A DNA stretch of 64,000 nt from Octopus bimaculoides (lineage: Eukaryota). The stretch is taken from positions 36,655,157 to 36,719,156 of the forward strand of contig NC_068997.1 of NCBI RefSeq assembly GCF_001194135.2, in the 5' to 3' direction. The position numbers and the translations under genes are program-made. The notes under the pieces were generated by a model. It was not told the origin of the DNA. It saw nothing but the letters and a program-made list of their open reading frames with translations, and ran no database searches. The number at the start of each line of letters is the position of its first letter. Position 1 is the first letter of the stretch. Below are positions 23,482 to 34,249 of the stretch, piece by piece.

Positions 23482-24374
23482 CAGGGGTTGGACAAAATAA
23501 TGAAAACACCTAGTATCATAATTTTGAAATATCTATAAAACCGTCAAAAGCTTGTTTATTTTTATGTTTTTTGATTTATTATTAGTGTTGCTTAATATGT
23601 TTTGCTAAAATTACTGTTTCCTTTCAGATATCATTTCAGAAAAAGGTAATTAAAATTCATTAAAATGATAGATCTATCGGACTTTCAAAGAGGTCACATT
23701 GTTGGTGCTCGTATGGCAGGCGCTAGTGTAACGAAAACAGCCGCAATGTTTGGTGTATTAAGAAGTACTGTCTCGAAAGTAATGACAGCCCTTGAGAAAG
23801 AGGGAAAAACCTCCTTGTTGAAACAAAACTCCGGAAGAAAACCAAAACTTCCAGGTAGGGACCATTGGACTCTTACGCAAATTGTTAGAAAGGATCACAA
23901 AAGTACAGCTACCAAAATTACTGCAGAGCGAGCAGTGGAAGAATGTTATTTTCTCAGATGAGTCATCCTTTACCTTATTTCCGACCACTGGCTGAGTATA
24001 CGTGTGAAGACAGCCAAAAGAAGCATTTGACCCAGACTGCCTTCTTCCAACTATTAATCATGGAGGAGGATCTGTGATGATTTGGAGGGGCTATATCTTG
24101 GAAATCTGCTGACCCAATAGTTTTCCTTCATGGCAGAACTAATAGTCAAGACTATTTAAGCATTTTATCTGACCAAATTCATCCTATGGTTGCGGAACTG
24201 TTTCCGGAGGGAAACGTAATCTTTTAGGATGATAATGCACCAATTCACACAGCTAAAGTTGTTACTGAATGGCACGAGGAACATTCGAGTGAAATTGAAC
24301 ATCTTATCTGGCCACCACAGTCCCCAGATCTCAATATTATTGAACATTTATGGTGCATTTTAGAAAAAGAAGTA
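23482..24374 (+). mobile_element. Tc1-like (DD34E) transposon, decayed; right end lost in gap
   Basis: TA|CAGGGGTTGGACAAAATAAT left end; MIDLSDFQRGHIVGAR HTH, FSDES, DDNAPIHTA, WPPQSPDLNIIEHLW. Confidence 0.9.
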
Positions 24375-24869
24375 NNNNNNNNNNNNNNNNNNNNNNNNNN
24401 NNNNNNNNNNNNNNNNNNNNNNNNNNNNNNNNNNNNNNNNNNNNNNNNNNNNNNNNNNNNNNNNNNNNNNNNNNNNNNNNNNNNNNNNNNNNNNNNNNNN
24501 NNNNNNNNNNNNNNNNNNNNNNNNNNNNNNNNNNNNNNNNNNNNNNNNNNNNNNNNNNNNNNNNNNNNNNNNNNNNNNNNNNNNNNNNNNNNNNNNNNNN
24601 NNNNNNNNNNNNNNNNNNNNNNNNNNNNNNNNNNNNNNNNNNNNNNNNNNNNNNNNNNNNNNNNNNNNNNNNNNNNNNNNNNNNNNNNNNNNNNNNNNNN
24701 NNNNNNNNNNNNNNNNNNNNNNNNNNNNNNNNNNNNNNNNNNNNNNNNNNNNNNNNNNNNNNNNNNNNNNNNNNNNNNNNNNNNNNNNNNNNNNNNNNNN
24801 NNNNNNNNNNNNNNNNNNNNNNNNNNNNNNNNNNNNNNNNNNNNNNNNNNNNNNNNNNNNNNNNNNNNN

Positions 24870-24904
<35 letters not shown>

Positions 24905-25077
24905 AGTATACCAGGCTGATCACAACATGGCAAAATCTGATAATGTCTAAGATAGATCAAGCTGGTTTTCTGGATGTTAAATGATGATGATGAATGAGAT
25001 AGATAAAAGCATACCAGGCTGATCGCATCATGGGAAAATCTGATATTGTCTTAGGCAGATCAAGCAGGTTTTCTTGA

Positions 25078-25709
25078 ATGTTTCCAAACCAAGGATGAGT
25101 GTTGGTTTCACCACTTTAGCCAGAGATAAAGAGACAATCTATGCAGTAATAACACCCCTCTATACCTGCTTCAAAGAAGGCCAAGGTCATTTCCTCTGCA
25201 GGAAAGGCAATGGCCTCAGTTTTTTGGGGGATACAAAAGGCATTGTGTTTATTGACTATCTTCAAAAGGGATACACAATCAATGGACTGTAGTATACCAA
25301 CTGGCTGAGGTGTTTACGAAAGACTATCAAGACCAAAAAAACCCAAGAAAACTGACGAATGGGGTTTGCTTCATCAGGACAATGCTCCAGCACACAAGTC
25401 CTTTGTTTCAATGATTGCTGTGGCTTTGAACTAGTTGATGAGTCTTCTTATTCTCCTGATTTGGACCCATCTGACTATCATCTGTTCTTCAACATGAAAA
25501 AATACTTGGCTGGGAAGGAGTATCACAGTGAATATGATGTTATATCTGCTATTGGTGAGTTTTTTGATCACCAATGGGATCCAGGTACTGCAACACTGAT
25601 GAAAGAAGTGTGTGGATCACAAAGTGGACTATATTGAAGAATAAACCTCATTTAGTCACCTTCCATGAGAGTGTCTTGGTCAGCCTCTGAACTTTTCAGC
25701 CATCCCTTG
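25078..25709 (+). mobile_element. Mariner (DD34D) 3' half with right TIR
   Basis: GKAMASVFW, HQDNAPAH, YSPDLDPSDYHLF; ends AACTTTTCAGCCATCCCTTG|TA. Confidence 0.85.
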
Positions 25710-26019
25710 TATATAAGTGTGTGTGTGCGTGTGTGTGTACATTTGTAGAAAGTAGATACATATTAACATCTCAACTCATCTAAATACAAGGTATTTTCCA
25801 ATGAAAATAATCATGTTTGATATTCATCACATTGTACTGGTTTCATCATTTTGAGTGAGAAGCTTGTGGATTGTATAGTCATTCATAAATGTGTTTATAC
25901 ACATACTTGCATGTCAATAGACAGCCCTAAGTATGTGTGTATATATAGCTATAAACACACATACATTTATTTATCATGCATAGATGTATAAGAATATAGA
26001 AGAGTATAAGGTCACTTAC

Positions 26020-26150
26020 CTACAGATCTGTAACCCATCATGGCTATTCTTCTCTGCCTTGGTGGCATCTTTCACCCGTAATACACTGTAAATCCTTCCG
26101 TCACTATAAGTCTCCTTGGCAGATGGTAAGTAACGAAGAAAATGGCAAGC
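26020..26150 (-). CDS. Candidate internal coding exon (131 bp) of unidentified host gene
   Basis: Acceptor tctcttttaaactgtgcAG, consensus donor AG|GTAAGT; only frame 0 open: ACHFLRYLPSAKETYSDGRIYSVLRVKDATKAEKNSHDGLQIC(R). Confidence 0.6.
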
Positions 26151-26299
26151 CTGCACAGTTTAAAAGAGACTCCTTTTTAATATTAAACTTTAGTATTTGA
26201 TCATTTGCATTTTAATGTTCTATAAAGTTACACTTACAAATAAATGGTACATTCTAATATTTATATGCATACATGAATATAAAAAAATATATATTAAGT

Positions 26300-26476
26300 C
26301 AGTGTATACACACACACTATATATATATATATATATATATATACATACATATATATACATATATATATACATACATATATATATACATATATATACATAC
26401 ATATATACATATATATACATACATATATATACATATATATACATACATATATATATATATATACAAATATATATAT
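26300..26476. repeat. (TA)/(TACA) compound microsatellite
   Basis: Direct reading. Confidence 0.95.
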
Positions 26477-26824
26477 TTCGCATGTGTATTTCGTGTGCAA
26501 GATTCTTGATGTGGATACATGTGTTGAAAAAAATACAGTTAAACCTTGGGAGAGGCATTATGCCGGTAATAAACACATGCACTGGTTCAGTCCTTTATTA
26601 ATTTATAAACAGTATTTAGTTTTTTTGTTAAATAATTTCATTGCACTCTTGCAATCTCTTCAGTAACTTGTCTCTCCACTTCCATTTATTTTGAATGTAT
26701 GATTTGGCGTTGTTTTGAAACTGTTCGGTATGAGCATGTGAGTGTGTGCAAGCTCGTATGTGTGCACGCTCGTATGTGTACACGCACTTATGTGTTCGTG
26801 CTTATATGTAAGCATGTGCATCCA

Positions 26825-27309
26825 TATGTGTGTTTGTAACAATTTCGTTCATATTAGATAAGATAGAGACTTTGGACTTCGTTTTGGTTTCTTTTCTGTT
26901 ATTTTCTGTTTTCTTTGTAAATGTATCTTTTTTATTTACGTTCACGTTCTGTATTTTGTGTGTGAACAACATATGCAACCATGGGTAATTGTCAGGCTTT
27001 TTTCTACGTGTACTTGCTATTCAAAATTGGTCGTGTTTCAGTTATGAAGACTGACTCTTGTATTTGCCGTAACGATGCGTCACCGGGGTGTCTAGACAGG
27101 ATTTCTATGCTAATTCGGTCCAGTACACCACCATGTTGTTCTTTGGCATGCTGGTATAGCACCGAGGTTTGTTTGTGATTCTTATAGTCCCTCCAATGTT
27201 CATTTACACACTCAGCCAAACTTCTCGCCGTTTCACCTATGTATGCCGTGTTTCCGTTTTTACAATCACCATCCATACAGCTTATTTTGTAGACCACATT
27301 TCTGGCTTT
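26825..27309 (-). mobile_element. Penelope-like element 3' end (GIY-YIG)
   Basis: VVYKISCMDGDC...AYIGETARSLAECVNEH...RQIQESVFITETRPILNSK*. Confidence 0.85.
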
Positions 27310-28754
27310 NNNNNNNNNNNNNNNNNNNNNNNNNNNNNNNNNNNNNNNNNNNNNNNNNNNNNNNNNNNNNNNNNNNNNNNNNNNNNNNNNNNNNNNNNNN
27401 NNNNNNNNNNNNNNNNNNNNNNNNNNNNNNNNNNNNNNNNNNNNNNNNNNNNNNNNNNNNNNNNNNNNNNNNNNNNNNNNNNNNNNNNNNNNNNNNNNNN
27501 NNNNNNNNNNNNNNNNNNNNNNNNNNNNNNNNNNNNNNNNNNNNNNNNNNNNNNNNNNNNNNNNNNNNNNNNNNNNNNNNNNNNNNNNNNNNNNNNNNNN
27601 NNNNNNNNNNNNNNNNNNNNNNNNNNNNNNNNNNNNNNNNNNNNNNNNNNNNNNNNNNNNNNNNNNNNNNNNNNNNNNNNNNNNNNNNNNNNNNNNNNNN
27701 NNNNNNNNNNNNNNNNNNNNNNNNNNNNNNNNNNNNNNNNNNNNNNNNNNNNNNNNNNNNNNNNNNNNNNNNNNNNNNNNNNNNNNNNNNNNNNNNNNNN
27801 NNNNNNNNNNNNNNNNNNNNNNNNNNNNNNNNNNNNNNNNNNNNNNNNNNNNNNNNNNNNNNNNNNNNNNNNNNNNNNNNNNNNNNNNNNNNNNNNNNNN
27901 NNNNNNNNNNNNNNNNNNNNNNNNNNNNNNNNNNNNNNNNNNNNNNNNNNNNNNNNNNNNNNNNNNNNNNNNNNNNNNNNNNNNNNNNNNNNNNNNNNNN
28001 NNNNNNNNNNNNNNNNNNNNNNNNNNNNNNNNNNNNNNNNNNNNNNNNNNNNNNNNNNCACAGTGTCATTTTTTCTGTCAAAATATCTCACAATTACGAA
28101 TAAAATCCATAAAACTACAGAAATTAACATTTTTCCTTCTAATAAAATCTAATTTCCTCTTTCTAATACTTTTACAAATCCTTTCAACTCCTACTTTCTC
28201 TTATGAACCTTTACGAACGATCCAACAACAAATACAAAAAGAAAGGAAGGAGAAACACTGACAGTAAAAGAAACAGACACAATACAAATCCTACGTAAAT
28301 ACACACAAATACATACACATGCATACTTTCCAACACAATTTCTCTGTACAAGTCACTTTCACATTGACAGTCAACCATTTCATTCAATACAAACTGTGTC
28401 CAACTTTACTTCATGAAATATTTGGATTTCATTTCGTAAATACCATCCTTTAAGTCATACACTCAGTTTCTCTCTCAAAATAACTCCCAATTACAAATAA
28501 AATCCATAAAAATACATGCATAACCATTTTCCCCTGTAACACAATATCATTTCCTCTTTCTATAACAACTTTCACCTTTATTTGGCACATGAAATGCCAC
28601 CTATACACTTACATACAAATACACAGATACATGCAAATACCTGTCACTTATGTACCTATGGTTAACAATGACCTCATTATCATTGGACGAATTCTAACTT
28701 CACTTCTCATTCCTAACCCTAACCCTTCACCAACATAACAACAACAACAACAAC

Positions 28755-28984
28755 TACCTTTCACATTTCGGAGGTCCCAGTTCCCAGTGAGGCCATGCTT
28801 CACAATGTCAATTAACAAAGCACAGGGGCAAACACTGTCTGTCGCGGGAATACATTTAGGGGAGCCGTGTTTCTCTCATGGTCAGCTTTATGTTGGCTGC
28901 TCACGTGTGGGGAGCAAGAGTGATGCTTTCGCGTTCGTTCCACAAGGAAAACAAAAAAACATTGTGTACAAGGAGGTTTTATAG
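28755..28984 (+). pseudogene. Helitron helicase C-terminal fragment
   Basis: LPFTFRRSQFPVRPCFTMSINKAQGQTL...FSHGQLYVGCSRV...KNIVYKEVL*. Confidence 0.9.
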
Positions 28985-30269
28985 GATTACTTCGATTCTT
29001 GATTTTATTAATTTAAACTTTAATTTCTTACTTTTCATCAGTAATTTCTAAGTAGGTGTGGGTTCATATTCATTGCAGTGCACTTGACACTCCATAATAT
29101 CAGCCGTAAAAACGCTGATTCTTGCGGCGTTACAAAACTTCATTACAAATCAGACCCTGCTCAAAAATCACCTGTTGTTACTCACCAACACCCATTAGGC
29201 AGGCATCAGAGGATGATAGACAGGTTAGTATTTCAATTCGGTATGACTCTCAAAGAGTCAACAATGCTTTTATGACGAGATTTACATTTTCAGGCAGTTC
29301 CCTGCAATTACTTCACATTTCACCAACACCTGCACTCCGCTCAGTTCTATTTCACTCACTTTGTCAGTACAGCAGCCTCATCTTCTACATCTGACGTACA
29401 TGAAACATCTCCCCTCTTCCATCTCCTCTTTCACTATTACAGTTTACTACATCGGCAACATTATTGCAAGATACCATTTGAAAACCAAGCAACATATCAT
29501 TTTATACAACAAATGTAATCATAACGACAATCAATGAGACAAATGCATTAAAATAATTACATGAAGAAGTAACTATCTCTTACACACCATTACAATTTAC
29601 ATAAAATAACAAGACTTAAACAGTCGATGAAACTAAATGCATACATCCTCTCTCTCACCATTACATTTTACATCAAATACAAACTATTTTACACAACATG
29701 TGATGAGACATGTGTTCTGATTCATCTATTCAGCACCACTACAGTCTGACCCATCTGACATATGATGAGTAGATGCTATTGTTGTAGATTTTCAAACTTA
29801 CCCATATTTACTCACCCAAGATTAATCCTCATCTTTCCTCCATAGGGCATCTATTCTGTTTTCACAGACCATGAACTTTTGCAACAGCACATCCAATGCC
29901 ATTGATGGAAAAGGAAGATGCCGTATTCACTTGCGAACGTTTTACACACCCTTACATGACTACCTAAGACATTGTTACAATTGTGAGAACAATAAAACAG
30001 CCTTTGCAGGCCCACCTCACATTCTATTGTTGCCCACTTCTGAGAGTGTTACAATGCTCTAGGCAGGGCTTTCTGTCCGGTTGCAAATCTTTTGGTTGTT
30101 CATCAACTTATAGCAATCTTTGCCTCAATAATCATAATTGTGTAGAATCATTNNNNNNNNNNNNNNNNNNNNNNNNNNNNNNNNNNNNNNNNNNNNNNNN
30201 NNNNNNNNNNNNNNNNNNNNNNNNNNNNNNNNNNNNNNNNNNNNNNNNNNNNTATGTAAGTATGTGTGT

Positions 30270-31337
30270 CCATATGTGTGTTTGTAACAATTTCGTTTAT
30301 ATGAGATCAGAAAGAGACTTTGGACTTGGTTTTGGTTTCCTTTCTGTTATATACATATATATATTTTTTTTTTTACGTTCACGTTCCGCATAACATGTGT
30401 GAACAACACATGCAACCATGAGCAATTGTAAGGCCCTCATCTACGTGTATTTGGTGTTCAAAATTGGTCGCGTTTCAGTTATGAGGACCGACTCCTGTAT
30501 TTGCCGTAAGATTTCTATGCTAATTTGGTCCAGTACACCACCATGTTATTCTTTGGCATGCTGGTATAGCACCGAGGTTTGTTTGTGATCATTATAGTCC
30601 CTCCAATGTTCATTTACACGCTCAGCCAAACTTCTCACTGTTTCACCTATGTATGTTGTGTTTCTGTTTTTACAATCACCATCCATACAGCTTATTTTGT
30701 AGACCACATTTCTGGCTTTGCAGTTGATACCAGGACTATATTTGCACACAATGCAGTTCTCTTCTACACACTTTGTCCTTCTGAAGGGGTATGTTTTACA
30801 TATTATTGATCTAATAGATCTCCCTGGATTTTCTATAACATTTATCCTCAACTTAGTACTTTTGAGGATTTTTCGAAATCTGCGGGCTAGTTCTTCGTGT
30901 GGTGTGGCGTCTATAAACATTACNNNNNNNNNNAATCTGCGGGCTAGTTCTTCGTGTGGTGTGGCGTCTATAAACATTACTCCCTGGAACTTGTCGGTAT
31001 TGTACCACATGTTCTTTCTGTTTGTTTTCTTACTAATTATTTGTAGTCTATTCCACTGTTTATTACGGTACCTAGGTTGTGTTCCATCTGTATCTTTGAC
31101 AACAATCTTCTCAAATTTCTTGCTAGCTCCTCTGTATACTCGGATTCTATCTTTCTGGCTGAATCCTGAAAACTGCATGCGATGCATGAAGTCTTGTATA
31201 TGTCTTTGCCTCTCCCAGGGACTGCACAGGGGGGGATATGTTTTTCATTATTCTGACTAAATCGGCTATTAATATATTAATTTTCACACTGTGTGATAGA
31301 GCCGAATTCTTATGGATAACATACTTTGAAGATATAG
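30270..31337 (-). mobile_element. Penelope-like element (RT thumb, Cys-rich linker, GIY-YIG); same family as 26825-27309
   Basis: ORF 30546-31187 VMFIDATP...KCVEENCIVC...NCKARNVVYKISC...YIGETVRSLAERVNEH. Confidence 0.85.
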
Positions 31338-32039
31338 GTTTCATATAATGTGAGTGGNNNNNNNNNNNNNNNNNNNNNNNNNNNNNNNNNNNNNNNNNNN
31401 NNNNNNNNNNNNNNNNNNNNNNNNNNNNNNNNNNNNNNNNNNNNNNNNNNNNNNNNNNNNNNNNNNNNNNNNNNNNNNNNNNNNNNNNNNNNNNNNNNNN
31501 NNNNNNNNNNNNNNNNNNNNNNNNNNNNNNNNNNNNNNNNNNNNNNNNNNNNNNNNNNNNNNNNNNNNNNNNNNNNNNNNNNNNNNNNNNNNNNNNNNNN
31601 NNNNNNNNNNNNNNNNNNNNNNNNNNNNNNNNNNNNNNNNNNNNNNNNNNNNNNNNNNNNNNNNNNNNNNNNNNNNNNNNNNNNNNNNNNNNNNNNNNNN
31701 NNNNNNNNNNNNNNNNNNNNNNNNNNNNNNNNNNNNNNNNNNNNNNNNNNNNNNNATATATATATATATATATATATATATACTTTATTTAAAAGCAGCA
31801 GAAATATACCAAAAAAACCGTTACTCTGAGTTTCACGTTCCCGAGTACTCTTTTTTCCACCTTGTTGCACATTTCATGTGCTTACTCCGGTATATATATA
31901 TATATATTGACAGTTTGCATAAAAGGAAGCTAAAAACATATCCCACCCTATATATATGTACATATATTCTATACATATGTACACAGACATATTCTATTTA
32001 TACATATGTAGATATTATTTTTCTTTGATTCTTTTTTAC

Positions 32040-32870
32040 TCACCTTTCACTGATGTTTCCTAATGTGGTTGGCTTCTGGTGAAGGAGGTAGTTTGATAGT
32101 GCTACTCCTGTTTAAGTTTCTTGACATGATGTAGGCTCATCTGGGATCTTGAATGGCAGAAAGTCAAGGTGCTTCTTGAAAACATCTACCCTCACTCCAT
32201 GTAGATCTCTCAGATTTTTGGGCCAAATATTTGAATCTCAAGCTATTGCAGTATCTTGCCCTTCCTCTAGATAGGATGTGTGGAACTTTGGAACAATACA
32301 ATGTTGTCCTGTTTGGGGACTGATAGAAATCTTGGTGCTGAAGTTTGGTACCTGCCCCTCTAGGATCTTCTATATGTATATTACTGCATATCTCTCCAGC
32401 CTTTGCTCCTGAGAGTAGAGTCACAATTCTTTCAGTCTATTCCAGTAGTTCAAGTGTTTCATTGATGCAATCTTTTTGGTGTTGCACTGCTGAACTGCCT
32501 TGATTTCTGAGTTTGACATTGTGGGATCACTATAGTTCAGAGCAGTAGTCCAGATGGCTAAGGACAAATGTTCTCCATAGCACCTGCACAGTTTTCTGGA
32601 CCCTTGTTCTAAAAGTTTTCAGAATTCATCCAACCATTTGCCTGCACAATACCACTGTCTTAGTGATATTTACATGAAATGATGCATCATTGCTCATATC
32701 AATCCCCTGGTCTTGTTTTGTGTTTGACTTTGAGATTGCCACTTCTATTGGTCCAAAGTATTTTTGTTGCAGCATGTTAGCACCAGCTGGCTGATAGCAG
32801 AGGGTTTGAAATTTTTCTGCTTTAAATTGAATATTGTTTCCTCAGCCCATTTGTATATAGCTGATACATG
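32040..32870 (-). pseudogene. CR1/L2-like LINE RT C-terminal remnant
   Basis: YKWAEENNIQFKAEKFQ, YWNRLKEL..YSQEQRLERY; homologous to 55050-55750. Confidence 0.75.
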
Positions 32871-33160
32871 TATAATAGAATAAAGATATAAATAGGCAAA
32901 CAACTTGCATTCGGTCAGATTATGACATATATTTAAATATCAATACATAATGATATTATTGAATGTTACATTAGTTTAGATTACAAGGCATCAATAAATG
33001 ATCAGAGGAAGAATGTTCATAATCTTTATGGTATATGCTGGTATTTACCTGGAACGGTTATACAGTAAGTCCAAATTATTGGTATTAGGTAAAGTTGGTC
33101 ATCATAGGTAGAGTCCAAAGTTGGATGAAAAAGAGGAGGAAAGTGTGTAGGTAGACTCTT

Positions 33161-33439
33161 TGTTGTGGTGAGAGTCACAACACTCCCTGTAAGAAGAGAC
33201 TGGACCAAATGACTATAAGTAGTAGCGGTCTGAGCAAGAGACAGAGAGTAGGTGTTAATCGCAGGAAGTCGTAAGGTGTTGCTTAAGTAGTTTGTCAGAA
33301 TATCATTTGTTGGTTCATGTATAGTTCATGGAGAGTTTGTTGGATTGTTATGTTGTTATTATCCTGCTTTGTTCTCTGTTTGTTGTTACTACACAGTTAT
33401 AGTGTGAAATGTATTGTCATAACAATTGGCAATACAACA
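33161..33439 (+). repeat. 5' LTR
   Basis: TGTTGTGG...AATACAACA, aligns with 37701-37935. Confidence 0.9.
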
Positions 33440-33500
33440 ATATTGGTAACGAGGATTTGAAACTCACGCAGATTAGTTAACAAATTTTTGTGATACGAAG

Positions 33501-34220
33501 TTGTTAATTATGGAAGACCTATTAGCTTCTATAATACAGTTGCAAAAGCAACAGCAAGAACAGCAACAGGAGTTGCAGAAACAACAACTACAGCAACAAG
33601 AAAAGCAACAACAGTTAATGCAGCTACATCTTAAGAAGTCTGGAAACACTATAAGTTTGTTTTCACCAGATGGCGTATCAAACTCTATAACATGATTCAG
33701 TTATGATCCAGAGGAGGGTATAACAGTTGCAGCATACTTTAGAAGGTATGAAGAAATCTTCAGGGAAGATTGCAAGATGGACAATGAAAAAGTAAGAGTA
33801 TTATTATGTAAATTAGCAGTGGCTGAACATCAAAAATATTGTATGTTTAAGTGCCTCATTTTTGTACAAGGGCTTACAGCAAACAAAGATGTGAAGATAT
33901 GTGCAAGAATTCTCACAAGACTTGAACAAGCAGACCAAAGTTTAACCCAGCAGACAGTTGCAGAGGAGTGTCAAAGAATGGTAAACTTATGTCAAGATGT
34001 AAAGAAAATTGAAGAGAAAGAGTTCTCACAAGTACAAGCATGTCGACCGGAAAGGTATAAACAAAAAAATATGTTAAGACGAAACCCAAGCTACAGGTGT
34101 GGAGCCCTACATTTTAGGAAGGACCCTTCCAAAATGCAAAAATGTCACAGTTGCCAAAAAGTAGGATGCAAGAGCTCACATTCCAGAGCAAAATTAGGAA
34201 GGTCAAACAAAAAATTCTAA
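33501..34220 (+). pseudogene. Gypsy gag remnant
   Basis: Q-rich N-terminus, YDPEEG..AAYFRRYEEIF, KCLIFVQGL, CxxC knuckle remnants. Confidence 0.8.
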
Positions 34221-34249
34221 AGTTTTTCCAATAGAAAGTAGAAGCAACA

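Noticed and set aside
29871-30130. Short ORFs and a CxxC-like stretch (minus RKPCLEHC...WACKGC) as exon or piggyBac tail
   Set aside because: Stops in all frames and no consistent splice pair; too weak to call
30275-30320. Possible hammerhead at the PLE 3' UTR (CTGATCTC...CGAAA; also ~26835-26870)
   Set aside because: No CUGANGA core or pairing stems in either copy
30877-30980. Direct duplication of ~47 bp either side of a 10-N gap (similar at 40550-40665)
   Set aside because: Typical contig-overlap artefact, not a biological repeat
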